Shown in pieces: positions 40,737-51,631 of a stretch of 64,000 nucleotides of DNA. Source of the DNA: a plasmid. The stretch is taken from the sequence record NZ_CP143948.1, one strand, 5' to 3'. A model generated the notes under the pieces. That model saw nothing but the letters and a program-made list of their open reading frames with translations. It did not search any database and was not told where the DNA came from. The stretch's first letter is position 1. Every line of letters begins with the position of its first letter. The translations under genes were made by a program, and so were the position numbers.

Positions 40737-41183
40737 TTATAATAGTGGCTGCAAATCTCCCACCATTTTTTCCTCAAGCGTCCTGAGCCTCTCTGCAATT
40801 GCCACACTCTTTGAATCAGCATCGCGATATTCATTGAGACTGCCGCTGATTGTCTCTATGCCCATATTACAGCCCTCCGTCAGTAGCTTTGCTGCCTGAG
40901 ACTGATCATCATTCACTGCCATCTTCATTGCTGTCTGCAGCTTCGCAGCCATCTTTGCAAACACACCCGGTTCCTTAATATCTGCACCTGCTTTGTCAAG
41001 CATATCCCTGCAATCCACTGACAGCCCGGTGTGCTCATCATAGTACTTGTCTATCAGCTCACGAAGCTGCTTGTCATCTGTGTGTTCTCTTATATCATCC
41101 ATGCTCTCAAGCGCCATCTTACAGCCCGCTATGCAATCCTGAAGCAAGAGCACCGAATCATGATTCTCTATATTTTTGCTCAT
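40737..41183 (-). CDS. Hypothetical Cys-containing protein (148 aa)
   Basis: GGAGG RBS. The first four ORF-track codons are themselves the RBS. Sits just downstream of the HK gene. Confidence 0.5.
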   Translation of the reverse strand: MSKNIENHDSVLLLQDCIAGCKMALESMDDIREHTDDKQLRELIDKYYDEHTGLSVDCRDMLDKAGADIKEPGVFAKMAAKLQTAMKMAVNDDQSQAAKLLTEGCNMGIETISGSLNEYRDADSKSVAIAERLRTLEEKMVGDLQPLL

Positions 41184-41237
41184 AAAAACCTCCATACTTC
41201 TTTTCTATTTAGTATGGAGGTTTTCATGAAAAAATAT

Positions 41238-42482
41238 TCACTTCACAATCGGAAACTCAAGCTTCACCCAAAACTTCCCATGTTCCCTTTTAAAGCTCAT
41301 GCTTCCATTCATGCGCTGCATCATCGCATCTACGCTCTTAAGCCCTATCCCGGCACTTTTAAGAAGTGTTTTATTGTCACATACACCATTGCCAATTTCA
41401 ACGCTAAAAATTTTTTTCGTAAAAGCTGTTTTCATAACAACAGGCTTCTTATTGTCCGCATATTTATATATATTATCCGTCAGATTGGAAAATATTCTGG
41501 TCAAAAATGCCATATTAACAGCAACCTTTACCTGCTTAAAGCTTATTCCTTCTGCATCAACCTCATAATTGCTTTTCATAAGCTGAGCACACACATCTGA
41601 GAGGTAATCTCCAAATATATACTCAACATCCATTGATGCATCCAATTCAACAGGTCTTTGTGAACCGGCAATTGAAAAATCCAGCAGATTATCTACCTGA
41701 GACCTGATATCCAACACCTTTTCACTTATAAAATTAAGATTTTTCATATTCTCGGCATATGCTTCATTCTCCAGCTTCATTACATCAACATATGTCATAA
41801 CACCGGTCAACGGCGTACGCAGGTCATGAGCCATATTACGCATCAGTTCATCCTTTTCCTGTCGCGCTTTTTTCTCCTGTTCCTGTGATGCTTCAAGCTC
41901 TGTTTGATAGCCCGCTATAATTTTTCTGATGCGTAGATACACAAATACAATTCCCATCATAAGAGAAAATCCCACATCAAAAATCATTAAAGCTATATAA
42001 TATTTTATCGTAAATCCTGTATATATAAATACTTTCGCTTCTATATCGGCGAACTGAACAGGCAGCTCATAGCTTCCTGTAAATCGGTAATCATACATAT
42101 TTTTAGCTGGAGAGATAAGCTTATCTACATTTGATTTATTGTATATTACCTTCCCCCTTTCCTGAACACTATAAAACGCAACATCATGATCAGTCATCCA
42201 TTCATCATATTGCTCGACATCTGTAGTACTTATATCATTATCAGTCACATATTGTTGAAACTCGTCTATATATGGCTTTTCATTATCGTATATTAAATGA
42301 GATGTACCTTCAATATAATTGTTCAGTAAATCAATTCCCAGATAATATAATAGTCCAAAAACAACACATGTCCCTATAATCGCAATTGCAAATGTCAAAG
42401 ACAGCTTTTTCTTTACCCTCTTTAAATCATCTCTCAAAACGGTATCCTCTTCCCCATTCTGTGTGTACGCATGCATCACCAC
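41238..42482 (-). CDS. Sensor histidine kinase
   Basis: Two TM helices flank a ~130-aa extracellular domain. H-box (MAHDLRTPLTG) and HATPase_c domain. Confidence 0.85.
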   Translation of the reverse strand: MVMHAYTQNGEEDTVLRDDLKRVKKKLSLTFAIAIIGTCVVFGLLYYLGIDLLNNYIEGTSHLIYDNEKPYIDEFQQYVTDNDISTTDVEQYDEWMTDHDVAFYSVQERGKVIYNKSNVDKLISPAKNMYDYRFTGSYELPVQFADIEAKVFIYTGFTIKYYIALMIFDVGFSLMMGIVFVYLRIRKIIAGYQTELEASQEQEKKARQEKDELMRNMAHDLRTPLTGVMTYVDVMKLENEAYAENMKNLNFISEKVLDIRSQVDNLLDFSIAGSQRPVELDASMDVEYIFGDYLSDVCAQLMKSNYEVDAEGISFKQVKVAVNMAFLTRIFSNLTDNIYKYADNKKPVVMKTAFTKKIFSVEIGNGVCDNKTLLKSAGIGLKSVDAMMQRMNGSMSFKREHGKFWVKLEFPIVK

Positions 42483-43122
42483 ATGCTTTTATAAGTTTAT
42501 TCCTAAGATTTTTAATGTGTACCATAACAGTATTCTTTGCATTATATGTAAAAACCTCATCCCACACCATCTCGTATATCATCTCAATCGTATATATCCG
42601 GTCAGGATTTTTCATCAGCAATTTTAATATCTCATATTCTTTTCCTGTTAATTTTATCTCATTATCATTAAACTCAACCTTGTTTCGATTCGTAAACAGT
42701 TTAAGTCCATCTGTCTCTATAGATTCATCCTTGTTTGTGCGATTTGCACTTCCACTGTCATATACCCGATATCGTCTGATAAGAGCTTTAACCTTTGAAA
42801 TAAGCTCCATGTTTGAAAATGGCTTAGTCATGTAATCGTCACCGCCCACTTCAAGCCCTTCCAGCTTATCCAGCTCTTCCGATTTTGCTGATAAAAACAA
42901 TATCGGAACACTGTGTCTTTCACGCATTCTCCTGCAGGTTTCAATGCCGTCCAACTGCGGCATCATTATATCCATTATTACAAGGCTGAACGATTCATCT
43001 ATTTTTTCCAAAGCCTCCATACCGTTTTGTGCAATTACCACACTATAATGCTGCAATTCGAGAAGCTTTTTTATGCCACTGTATACTGTTTTATCATCCT
43101 CAACAACAAGAATTTTGTCCAT
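42427..43122 (-). CDS. OmpR-family response regulator
   Basis: Receiver domain (VVEDDK...DIMMP) and winged-helix C-terminus (GYRFER). Confidence 0.88.
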   Translation of the reverse strand: MDKILVVEDDKTVYSGIKKLLELQHYSVVIAQNGMEALEKIDESFSLVIMDIMMPQLDGIETCRRMRERHSVPILFLSAKSEELDKLEGLEVGGDDYMTKPFSNMELISKVKALIRRYRVYDSGSANRTNKDESIETDGLKLFTNRNKVEFNDNEIKLTGKEYEILKLLMKNPDRIYTIEMIYEMVWDEVFTYNAKNTVMVHIKNLRNKLIKACGDACVHTEWGRGYRFER

Positions 43123-43185
43123 TATATGCTCCTATCATATTATACATGTTTATTACATCAAAAAGATTATACCACATAACCGCTC

Positions 43186-44460
43186 CTAATTATTCCTTAA
43201 TGTGCGCAAACCCTTATTAGCATAAATACAGCTTCCAATCATAGTTATTAAAATAACGCTAATTTCCAAAAACCCGATTCTATACACAAATTGCCAGATA
43301 TTCATTTCAAAGTTCCATATATCAAGTGAAAAGCTTTTTTGAAAATTTGAAATCTCACAAAATTCAACAAAATATTTAAAAATATTGACAGAAAATCTAT
43401 TAAGCAGTCCCAATGTCAATATTCCTGCGCCCACAATTGCCGGAACAGTTATCATCAAAATCTCATATAACAGAATTTGAATTGTCCTAGATTTCTTCTG
43501 TCCAAGTGTATTGTATATTGCAATCATTTTTGAGTGTCCTTTAAGCCATAAAACGGTCAGTAACGACATAACCACAACACATACAATATACATAACACTC
43601 AATGTCACACTTGTCATACTTTTTAACATTGATATTACATCTGTCATTTGCAGTTCCTCATTCAAAACCTGATTGACAACTGCCGAATTCGGAACATTTT
43701 GAAACATTTTACTCATATCATCATATAAAAGTGATGTGCTTTTATAGTCTGAGCTGAAAAAATTTATCCCATAACAGCTTGCTTCATTGTTTAATTCTAC
43801 ATATGAATTATAATCAGTGAATACTATACTGTTAGCTACTTCTTTATAGTAGCCATCGCTCACCTGTGTCTTTGGAGTATTTATTGCAGTATAAATCCCA
43901 ATTACCTTAATACTGATTGTATTATTTTCATACTGTATAGATACATTACTGCCAATTGACAGGTTATTTTCAGAAGCGAGCTTATCGGATATCATTGCCC
44001 CTTTATCACCTGACATCGGATATTTTCCTTTTGAAATCTTAAAGATACCACTACTGAAATATTCATTGTAAGAAGTATTTATGTTTCCACTGACATATAT
44101 TTTATTTTTCTCAAAATCACTTTGTTTTTCTGTATATGGTACATTTTCAAAATCTGCCGCTTCACATATAATATCACTTGTAAATGCATTATTATATCCT
44201 ACAACATTTTTATTATTATCTGCATATTCTAAAATATCTTTCCAATCATCTAAAGTAGAAAAATCGTCTGATTCAACAAGAACACAACACCCTGCCATAT
44301 CTGCAAAAGATTTGTAAAAGCTCTCTATTGCCGAATCTAAAAATGTTGCAATTCCGCAAAACAGTGTCAGTACAAATATGCAAATAGCAATTAGTATATT
44401 CCGCCCCGGTCTCCCTAATAATTCTTTGCATGCCTGCCACCATTTATTCCTCATCGTCAT
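43186..44460 (-). CDS. ABC transporter permease (FtsX/MacB-like)
   Basis: N-terminal TM helix, large extracytoplasmic domain, three C-terminal TM helices. Overlaps the ATPase stop. Confidence 0.7.
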   Translation of the reverse strand: MTMRNKWWQACKELLGRPGRNILIAICIFVLTLFCGIATFLDSAIESFYKSFADMAGCCVLVESDDFSTLDDWKDILEYADNNKNVVGYNNAFTSDIICEAADFENVPYTEKQSDFEKNKIYVSGNINTSYNEYFSSGIFKISKGKYPMSGDKGAMISDKLASENNLSIGSNVSIQYENNTISIKVIGIYTAINTPKTQVSDGYYKEVANSIVFTDYNSYVELNNEASCYGINFFSSDYKSTSLLYDDMSKMFQNVPNSAVVNQVLNEELQMTDVISMLKSMTSVTLSVMYIVCVVVMSLLTVLWLKGHSKMIAIYNTLGQKKSRTIQILLYEILMITVPAIVGAGILTLGLLNRFSVNIFKYFVEFCEISNFQKSFSLDIWNFEMNIWQFVYRIGFLEISVILITMIGSCIYANKGLRTLRNN

Positions 44461-45106
44461 CTCCCATATCATAGCAAATATCACATTTTTTCTTTACATA
44501 ATCCGAGTGGGTTACTACTATAACACATCTGTCCTGTTCATGAGCTATCTGCTGTAACAATTCGACAATTTTTCTTCGATTTTCTTTATCCAGATTACCT
44601 GTAGGCTCATCTGCCAGAATATATTTTGCATCTGTTATCAACGCCCTCGCTATTGCAACTCTTTGCTGCTGTCCACCTGACAATTCCGTAACCTTTCTGG
44701 TTATCTGACTATCATCAAGTCCAACCATCACTAGGCTGTCTCTACACATTTTTATCAATTCTTTTTTGGGTACATCAGGTAAGCTTATCTGGGCTGCAAC
44801 CATTACATTTTCAAGAGAAGTCATATAATCAAATAACTGATAATCCTGAAAAACCAATGATATACTATTTTGGCGCAGTTTTCTTCCACCAATGTCTTGT
44901 ATATTTTCTCCATCCAGCAAAATTTCCCCTTCATCCGGTTTTTCTAAACCGGCAAGTAACGATAAGCACGTTGTCTTTCCTGAACCTGACGGACCAAATA
45001 TTCCATACATTTCTCCTATTTCAAATCTGTATGTAACTTTATCCAGTACATGCACAATTTCCTTCTTTGATTTATATGCATACGATACATTAATCATTTC
45101 CAACAT
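44444..45106 (-). CDS. ABC transporter ATP-binding protein
   Basis: Walker A (GPSGSGKTT), signature ([15 protein letters not shown]) and Walker B ([11 protein letters not shown]). Confidence 0.88.
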   Translation of the reverse strand: MLEMINVSYAYKSKKEIVHVLDKVTYRFEIGEMYGIFGPSGSGKTTCLSLLAGLEKPDEGEILLDGENIQDIGGRKLRQNSISLVFQDYQLFDYMTSLENVMVAAQISLPDVPKKELIKMCRDSLVMVGLDDSQITRKVTELSGGQQQRVAIARALITDAKYILADEPTGNLDKENRRKIVELLQQIAHEQDRCVIVVTHSDYVKKKCDICYDMGDDDEE

Positions 45107-45114
45107 ATTTACCA

Positions 45115-46440
45115 CTATCCCTTCGAATTTAACAGTTTCTTTGCATTTTCTTCAACAGTTGTTACAACAGGCAGTACCATAAATGCAATCCAATTAACCA
45201 ACGAAATTATTAATAGAATTATAATGTTTTTCAGAGTAAAAAAAGCACTCATTTCTATACGTACCTCAAAGCCTTGAAATATTCCTGGTATATCATATCC
45301 ACCTATAGCTCTGTCTGTACTATTAATTATGACATTCTTACCTATACCACTTATAATGCTACATATTAAATCGCCAAGCACACAGTATAATAGCGCACCC
45401 AAAAGTAATCCACTAATTGCATATATCATTCCTATAAATGCAAATCTACCTATACACCATTTTCTTGACCTTCCGAGTACCATAAAAAGTCCTGTATCTT
45501 TTTGGTATTGGATAGTATAAAACGAGAAAACGATTAACAAAATAATTTCACCCATTATAATTATCATCCAGCAAATTATTTTTGATGTTTTTCCCATCAA
45601 TCCTACGACTTTACATTCTGAATCGAGATAATTAGAAGTATTATCATATATCTCCACATTATCTCCATACATTTTCTTTAATTGTTTTTTTACTGCATCT
45701 ATATGCTCTATCTTATCAATATACACTTCGCTTCCCGTTGACGCTGTGTACTCTAACCCTAGTAACTCTACAATATAATCATAATCTACATATATAGAAT
45801 TATATGGACTATGTATGTATACCGAGGTTCCCTCTTCATTTGAATCATATATTTCGAAATCACTGTCCACTTTATAAATTCCGCATATTTGTAAAGACGT
45901 TGCCTCCGATTGGTCTCCTATAGTATATTTAACTTCATCCCCTACCTTAAGGTTATTTTTTTTCGCATATCGCTGTTCTACAATAATTCCTTTATTTTCA
46001 TATGTTGGAAATTCCCCTTCAATAAGAGATACATTTTTTTCCCATGAAAACAGGCTATATTGCTGCACATCCATATTTGCAACAATCACCATTTTGTCAG
46101 CCCGATTGCGCACATCTTTATTCTCCGGATCTATTCCTTTATGTTCCTTTACATTCTCTGTATCCACCGGATCTGCAATCAGCTCTCTCCACGCCCCCAG
46201 TCCTGTTACATATTTCACTTTTCTGATTTCATCATAATCACTCTTGGTAAATCCTCCATTATCATCCTCAATTACTAATGCAGCCCCATTATATAAATAT
46301 GCATCTCTCTCAGATTTTTCTGAGGCATTGTTTAATAGCAGACCAATAATTTCACCCAGGATTATTGTCGCGATGATTAGTATAATAATCAAAGATTTTA
46401 TTTTATTTCTTTTTATATATATAATAGCTGTTTCTATCAT
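45115..46440 (-). CDS. ABC transporter permease (FtsX/MacB-like), second copy
   Basis: Same architecture as 43186..44460. Start at MIETAII..., after a GAGGAG RBS. Confidence 0.7.
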   Translation of the reverse strand: MIETAIIYIKRNKIKSLIIILIIATIILGEIIGLLLNNASEKSERDAYLYNGAALVIEDDNGGFTKSDYDEIRKVKYVTGLGAWRELIADPVDTENVKEHKGIDPENKDVRNRADKMVIVANMDVQQYSLFSWEKNVSLIEGEFPTYENKGIIVEQRYAKKNNLKVGDEVKYTIGDQSEATSLQICGIYKVDSDFEIYDSNEEGTSVYIHSPYNSIYVDYDYIVELLGLEYTASTGSEVYIDKIEHIDAVKKQLKKMYGDNVEIYDNTSNYLDSECKVVGLMGKTSKIICWMIIIMGEIILLIVFSFYTIQYQKDTGLFMVLGRSRKWCIGRFAFIGMIYAISGLLLGALLYCVLGDLICSIISGIGKNVIINSTDRAIGGYDIPGIFQGFEVRIEMSAFFTLKNIIILLIISLVNWIAFMVLPVVTTVEENAKKLLNSKG

Positions 46441-46470
46441 ATCCCATCTCCTCAATACTACCAAACATTA

Positions 46471-46497
46471 AAAAAGCCATAGACATCTATGGCTTTA
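46471..46497 (-). terminator. Hairpin plus T-run downstream of the int gene
   Basis: GCCATAG-acatc-TATGGC stem followed by T6 on the minus strand. Confidence 0.4.
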
Positions 46498-46719
46498 CAA
46501 TACTATATACATATAAAGAATAACCTGAAAAATCATTTAAGAATTATAAATAAATTATATATGTCTTTTTGACTATCTTTTTATATCTTCTTAAATGTCC
46601 GCAAAGCCTTATTTTATCGGCTCTACGGGCATTTTGCTTTTGTGGTAAACCTCACATATCTAGGTCTATCTTCTTATATTTTCGCTATCAAGCGTGGTTA
46701 AAATCGTGGTAAATACTTT

Positions 46720-47913
46720 TTATGCAATTAGACGCTGAACCTCTGATTTTGCAGTATCTATGGACGCATGAGCATACCAGTTCATTGTGATACTGATATT
46801 TGAATGCCCCATGATATACTGTAAATCTTTCGGGTTCATGTTCTTGCTTGCCAGCCTTGTGCAGAACGTATGACGTAGCGTATGCGGTGTGATATGTGGC
46901 AAGGGGTTATCCTTATGGTGCTTGTTGTATTTCCTTACCATACGGACAAATAAAGTGCTGTAATCAATCGCAACTTTGGGCTTGCCCTTATGATTGACAA
47001 ATAGAAAGTTGCTCCGTCCGTCTATCACAAATGGTTCTGCCTTTGGGCGTTTCTTCATAACCCGTTGAAATGCTTGTATCGTTTCCTTGCTTAATGGCAC
47101 TTGCCTTGTTCCGCTCTTTGTCTTAGGCGTTTCAATATAGTAGCCCTGTTCCTTGCTCTTTAATAACTGGTGGTCGATAATCACAACTTCATTCTTGAAA
47201 TCAATATCGGCTACTGTCAGTCCGCACAGTTCCGAGATACGAAGTCCAGTCTTTAACAGTATCAGCACATCATCATAATACTTGTGATACACATTGTCCG
47301 TCTTGATGAATGAGAGTAGGGCTTGTTCTTGCTCCTCTGTCAATGCCACTTTCTCTTTGGTATCATTTTCTAGGACTTCACTTAACTTGAAATCAAAGGG
47401 ATTTTTCCTTACATAATCGTCTTGTATGGCGATATAGAATGACGCTTTTAACGAGCGTTTATGGTTGTTAATGGTATTGTAGGAAAAGCCTTTGTCTTTC
47501 ATGCGTAACGCCCATTCCTTAGCGTCAGAGGGTTTTATCATATCAATGCTCCTAGCACCTAACTTATCCTCTTTCAATAACCGCATGAGTTGTTCCCGTT
47601 GTTTTATTGTGCTTTTCTTCACGTTTGCCCTCTGTGCGTTCTGTTTGGCGTAGAGTTGGCAAAGCGTCATTTTCTTGCCTGTGCTGTCGATACCGTCCTC
47701 AATATCCCGTCTTATCTGCTGTTCCAGTTCACGAAGTGAGGGTTTTTCCCGTTTTCCCTTTGGTGTCGGGTCTGTGGGTGTCAATCTCCAAGCATACACA
47801 TATTTTGTGTTTCCAAATGCGTCTACATATTTATATAAGTATTTTCCGTCTGTTCGTTGGCTCTCTCCAGTATGCAGGATACGTCCTTTGCTATCCCGTC
47901 TTTTTTCTTTCAT
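46720..47913 (-). CDS. int: Tyrosine site-specific integrase, Tn916 Int-Tn family
   Basis: 397 aa. Strikingly similar end to end to Tn916 Int (MKEKRRDSKGRILHTGESQR...HTLRHTFCT...YIMGHSNISITMNWYAH). Confidence 0.92.
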   Translation of the reverse strand: MKEKRRDSKGRILHTGESQRTDGKYLYKYVDAFGNTKYVYAWRLTPTDPTPKGKREKPSLRELEQQIRRDIEDGIDSTGKKMTLCQLYAKQNAQRANVKKSTIKQREQLMRLLKEDKLGARSIDMIKPSDAKEWALRMKDKGFSYNTINNHKRSLKASFYIAIQDDYVRKNPFDFKLSEVLENDTKEKVALTEEQEQALLSFIKTDNVYHKYYDDVLILLKTGLRISELCGLTVADIDFKNEVVIIDHQLLKSKEQGYYIETPKTKSGTRQVPLSKETIQAFQRVMKKRPKAEPFVIDGRSNFLFVNHKGKPKVAIDYSTLFVRMVRKYNKHHKDNPLPHITPHTLRHTFCTRLASKNMNPKDLQYIMGHSNISITMNWYAHASIDTAKSEVQRLIA

Positions 47914-47991
47914 GGTGTCTGCTCCTTTCCTTGTTGGAAAGAGCCTTGATATGACTTGTGTTCATCATAACACATACAAGGCTCATTTGCA

Positions 47992-48195
47992 TTAGATTGC
48001 GTCCAATTTATCAATAACCTTTTCAAATTGTCGGCGTTTAATCTGTATGCGGTTGCCATTCATAATGAGCCAGCCAGCGTCCTTGTTTTCCTCTGCCAAG
48101 CGTCTTAACTTGTTTTCTCCGATACGGAAATACTTTGACGCTTCTTCAATGGTAAGGGTGTATTTTTCCCATACAGGAATATCGTTGTTATTCAT
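47992..48195 (-). CDS. xis: Excisionase, Tn916 Xis-Tn family
   Basis: 67 aa, near-identical in pattern to Tn916 Xis ([34 protein letters not shown]...[13 protein letters not shown]). Confidence 0.9.
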   Translation of the reverse strand: MNNNDIPVWEKYTLTIEEASKYFRIGENKLRRLAEENKDAGWLIMNGNRIQIKRRQFEKVIDKLDAI

Positions 48196-49205
48196 CAGAT
48201 ACCCCCTTTCCCATGTTTCGTGTCATACTGGATATAGGGGATAAGGTCGGTGCGGTCTATCCTCTGTAAGTGGGCGGTTAGTTTGCTGGAAAGGGAATTG
48301 CTGTATCTTGCCTTATCAAGCATAGTTCCCACTTTTTCCAGTCCACCTAATGCGTCATGTTCTTCTAAGAAGTAAAAACTTTTGACAGCGGAAATGACGC
48401 CACCCTCTGTGAGCCATTGCTGTGTTTCTTCAAGAGAATTATGTAGTTTCGGTACTTGCAGTTTCAAGACTTCCACAGCCCCTAAAAAGCGTTCCCAAAA
48501 CCGACACGTTTTCCATCTGCTCTTATTACTTTCATTTCTGTTTGGCACGACAAAGCGTAGGTTGTTTGCCAATAGCCCGAAAGCCAGTTTCCCAAGTTCC
48601 AGCGGTCTGTTTTTGAATGTCATGGCAAAAGCATGAGCCTTATCATCACGCAGTTGCATTTCTGTCCGTTTCCAACTGCCGACTTCATCAAGTGTCTTAT
48701 TATGTTTTGAACAGACTTCCTTATCTTTATCATAAAAGCGGTAGGACAATCCCGATTTACCAGCACCGATATAAACGGTCTTTGCGGTGTCGAAATCATC
48801 AAACTTGCTTTCGTCAAAGTGGTAGCCCTCACTATTCGAGATAAATTCCTCTTTTTCGCATTTCTTCTTTATCTGCTCTATGGTAAAGAATGGCTTTTCG
48901 TTCTTATCATCAATGGCAATATCAAGTCTTGTGAAATGGAAGTTATCCAGTCCGTATCTTCGCTCACAGCGTCGGAACATATCCCCAAAGGTATAATTCC
49001 TACTGTCGAGAATACGGAAAATATCATCACAACCTCTGCCAGTCATAACAAGATAACAGCCTAGTCCTTGTGGGTTGTCCTCTGTCTTTTTTGCGTCCCC
49101 CGATACATAAATATCTCCAATCTGCCAGCGTGCTTGATAAGTCTTGAATTTTATCGTTGCTGGATAAACATTGAAAATGTCAGTCGGTAAACCTAAAATG
49201 TGCAT
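48195..49205 (-). CDS. Putative replication-initiator / Rep_trans-type relaxase of the IME
   Basis: 336 aa immediately upstream of xis, the position held by Rep_trans relaxases in many IMEs. The domain call rests on size and position and is not verified. Confidence 0.35.
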   Translation of the reverse strand: MHILGLPTDIFNVYPATIKFKTYQARWQIGDIYVSGDAKKTEDNPQGLGCYLVMTGRGCDDIFRILDSRNYTFGDMFRRCERRYGLDNFHFTRLDIAIDDKNEKPFFTIEQIKKKCEKEEFISNSEGYHFDESKFDDFDTAKTVYIGAGKSGLSYRFYDKDKEVCSKHNKTLDEVGSWKRTEMQLRDDKAHAFAMTFKNRPLELGKLAFGLLANNLRFVVPNRNESNKSRWKTCRFWERFLGAVEVLKLQVPKLHNSLEETQQWLTEGGVISAVKSFYFLEEHDALGGLEKVGTMLDKARYSNSLSSKLTAHLQRIDRTDLIPYIQYDTKHGKGGI

Positions 49206-49209
49206 GATT

Positions 49210-49560
49210 ACATCTTCAGCGGTTGCCGTTTCAAATACAATGCTGATGTAATCAATCTTAACGGATAAATTTTTGTGTGTAGTTATAGTGCATTTCTCCT
49301 TTCGTATGCCCCGTTTTTTTGCGGGGTAAAAATTGTGTTTTTTCCTTTATTTATCACAGTTTCTAGGTACTATGACATGTATACGCAGGGCGGTGTTACA
49401 TATACGCCCTTTATGAACGCCTAAAGGCGTTCCCTTTCTTCCTGTGTCTGATCCGTTCTTAACGCTCACGAGCCTTGTAAGGCTCGTGGCTAAACGGAAC
49501 AGCCCCAGTCAGAAACCTTATTTTCGGTCTGATAGTCCATGCTTATTCATGCTATCAAAG
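49210..49560. promoter_or_regulatory. Cluster of inverted repeats, oriT candidate
   Basis: Multiple hairpins: CCCCG-T7-CGGGG, GAACGCC-taaa-GGCGTTC, CACGAGCC-ttgtaa-GGCTCGTG. They lie between the Rep-like gene and the XRE gene. Confidence 0.3.
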
Positions 49561-49752
49561 TGAAAATATATCTTTTCTATGCTTACTCAAGCGTGTGATT
49601 AACCCTAGCGTGCTTAATCACTCTATCTAACACGATAATAACGCCATTAGAATTACTTGTCAAGAAGTTTTTGTTGACTTTTAGATATATATTAAGTATG
49701 ATATGCTTATAAATACCAATAAAAGCAATGAAAGGAGTGTTTATACTAAGTC

Positions 49753-50388
49753 ATGGAGCATTACGAAAAGAAAATCAGTTTCTTAGGAGAGAACATACAG
49801 ACCATAAGAAAACACAGAGGAATGAAACAACAAGAACTTGCGGACAAAATCGGTATCAATATGCAGAGCCTTTCCAAGATTGAACGAGGTGTGAATTATC
49901 CTACCTTTGATACATTAGAAAAGATAATGGACGTGCTGGGTGTAACGCCCAATGAATTATTATCGGGAGAATGGAAGTATGTTAATCAAGCCGAAAAGGA
50001 AGTCTGTCAGTTTTTAAGAATTGAAGAAAGACTAAATGCAGAACTGAAACATGGGCATTATGACAATTTCTTTGACAGCGAGGAAGAATGGCTGGAATAT
50101 GAGTTAGAGAAGTTACGGGAATATATTACCGACTACATCAACGGGAAAAGCATTGTAGCGTCCGACCTTTACCCAATCAAAGAATTTATCCAGCATTTGA
50201 AATTTCAAAAACTGTTAGACCGCTATGATGATTTATACAGCATGGATATGTTCGGGGAAAGCATAGAGGGGCATAAATATAGGACACCATATCAAGTCGT
50301 AAAAATGATAAACCCCAATTCAAAAGAAGATATGGAATTATTACGGGAAGTATTGAAAAATAACCATTTTGATGATGAGGACGAATAG
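49753..50388 (+). CDS. XRE-family transcriptional regulator
   Basis: N-terminal HTH (IRKHRGMKQQELADKIGINMQSLSKIERG) plus ~140-aa C-terminal domain. AAAGGAG RBS. Confidence 0.85.
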   Translation: MEHYEKKISFLGENIQTIRKHRGMKQQELADKIGINMQSLSKIERGVNYPTFDTLEKIMDVLGVTPNELLSGEWKYVNQAEKEVCQFLRIEERLNAELKHGHYDNFFDSEEEWLEYELEKLREYITDYINGKSIVASDLYPIKEFIQHLKFQKLLDRYDDLYSMDMFGESIEGHKYRTPYQVVKMINPNSKEDMELLREVLKNNHFDDEDE

Positions 50389-50420
50389 CTTTTTTCCTCT
50401 TTGTAGAAGATACAGCAAAC

Positions 50421-50486
50421 AAAAAGCCCAGTAAAGAGTGCAAAGCACCACCAATGGTGGCAAGGCTCTTGACAGGGCTTTTTCTT
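50421..50486 (+). terminator. Bidirectional hairpin terminator after the XRE gene
   Basis: AAAAAGCCC...GGGCTTTTT long stem-loop. Confidence 0.5.
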
Positions 50487-50762
50487 TTCTGTTTCTGGCA
50501 GACAAGAGGAAACAAGGTGTAGTGTCATGAGTTTATCGACAATCAGACAAAGGCGACGCAAGTATCACAGTATGAGCTTATGCTCCATAAGGATAGTAAC
50601 TGGAAAATTGTAACATAATTATTGACGGCGTATAATCTCATGGAAAAAAATACGCCGTCATAAAATAATAAGAAAACAGTATAAAAACATTGACTTTTAG
50701 AGATTGAGTATTATAATAAAAATGACAAGTATACTTGGTATTTTTGGAAAGGGGTAATATAA

Positions 50763-51077
50763 ATGGATAAAGAAAAAATACTGTCACAAAACAAAAAAGA
50801 TAACTTATATCTTGATGAGTATGAAAAACACATTAAACTTAAAGGGAAATCTTTTGGGCTAATGTTTGTGTTGCTTGTCTGCATTTTAATCTTTGTTATT
50901 AAGGTTATTTGTAAAGAACCTTACAATGACATAATGACAATTATTTGGTCGGTAGCATTTGGATATATGAGTTATGAAGCATATCTTTCAAGAAGTAAAC
51001 CTAAATTTGTTACTGCCCTATTCTTTGTCCTATTTATGTTGTATTACTTTTATAAATTTTTGACAGCAGGTTTGTAA
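50763..51077 (+). CDS. Small membrane protein (2 TM)
   Basis: Preceded by a TTGACT-16-TATAAT promoter (50688-50715) and a GGAAAGGGG RBS. Confidence 0.6.
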   Translation: MDKEKILSQNKKDNLYLDEYEKHIKLKGKSFGLMFVLLVCILIFVIKVICKEPYNDIMTIIWSVAFGYMSYEAYLSRSKPKFVTALFFVLFMLYYFYKFLTAGL

Positions 51078-51078
51078 T

Positions 51079-51288
51079 ATGAACGAACATTTAATTTTAA
51101 AAAATAGATTAAAAGAGGTGCGAAAAGAAAAAAAATTATCGCAAACGGAATTAGCAGAAATGGTTGGAGTTTCCCGTAACACAATAAGTTCTATTGAAAC
51201 AGGACAGTTCAATCCAACAGCAAAATTAGCATTAGTGCTTTGTATAGCTTTAGATAAAAAATTTGAGGAATTATTTTATTTTGATTAA
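51079..51288 (+). CDS. Short XRE-family HTH regulator
   Basis: 69 aa, carrying the HTH motif LSQTELAEMVGVSRNTISSIETGQFNPT. Confidence 0.85.
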   Translation: MNEHLILKNRLKEVRKEKKLSQTELAEMVGVSRNTISSIETGQFNPTAKLALVLCIALDKKFEELFYFD

Positions 51289-51301
51289 GGAGTGTATGAT
51301 T

Positions 51302-51631
51302 ATGGAAATAGAAGAAGTGGTTGTTGAAATAGTTATGGGATTGTTTTTATTATTTTTATCTTATCAAGTGGGTATAAAAGAAAATATTACTTTCTTACAT
51401 AGTTATCATTATACACATCTCAACCCAAAAGATAAAAAAGCGTTTACAAAAAGAATAGGAATAGGTTCTCTGCTGGTTAGCATTGGCGTTATTGCTATGC
51501 CGATTATCAATTTAATCTCTCATTCTGAATTAGGCTACTACATAGGGCTTACTTTGATTGTTGTAGGAGTGTTTTATATCATATTCATCATTGTAAAATA
51601 CAACGGAAAACTTATTAGCTTTAAAAAGTAG
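51302..51631 (+). CDS. Small membrane protein (3 TM)
   Basis: Start at MEIEEV..., after an AAGGAG RBS. Hydrophobic. Confidence 0.6.
   Translation: MEIEEVVVEIVMGLFLLFLSYQVGIKENITFLHSYHYTHLNPKDKKAFTKRIGIGSLLVSIGVIAMPIINLISHSELGYYIGLTLIVVGVFYIIFIIVKYNGKLISFKK

Noticed and set aside
50186-50561. Minus-strand ORFs 50186..50515 and 50292..50561
   Set aside because: They overlap the 3-prime end of the XRE gene and a terminator hairpin. No RBS. Likely spurious.
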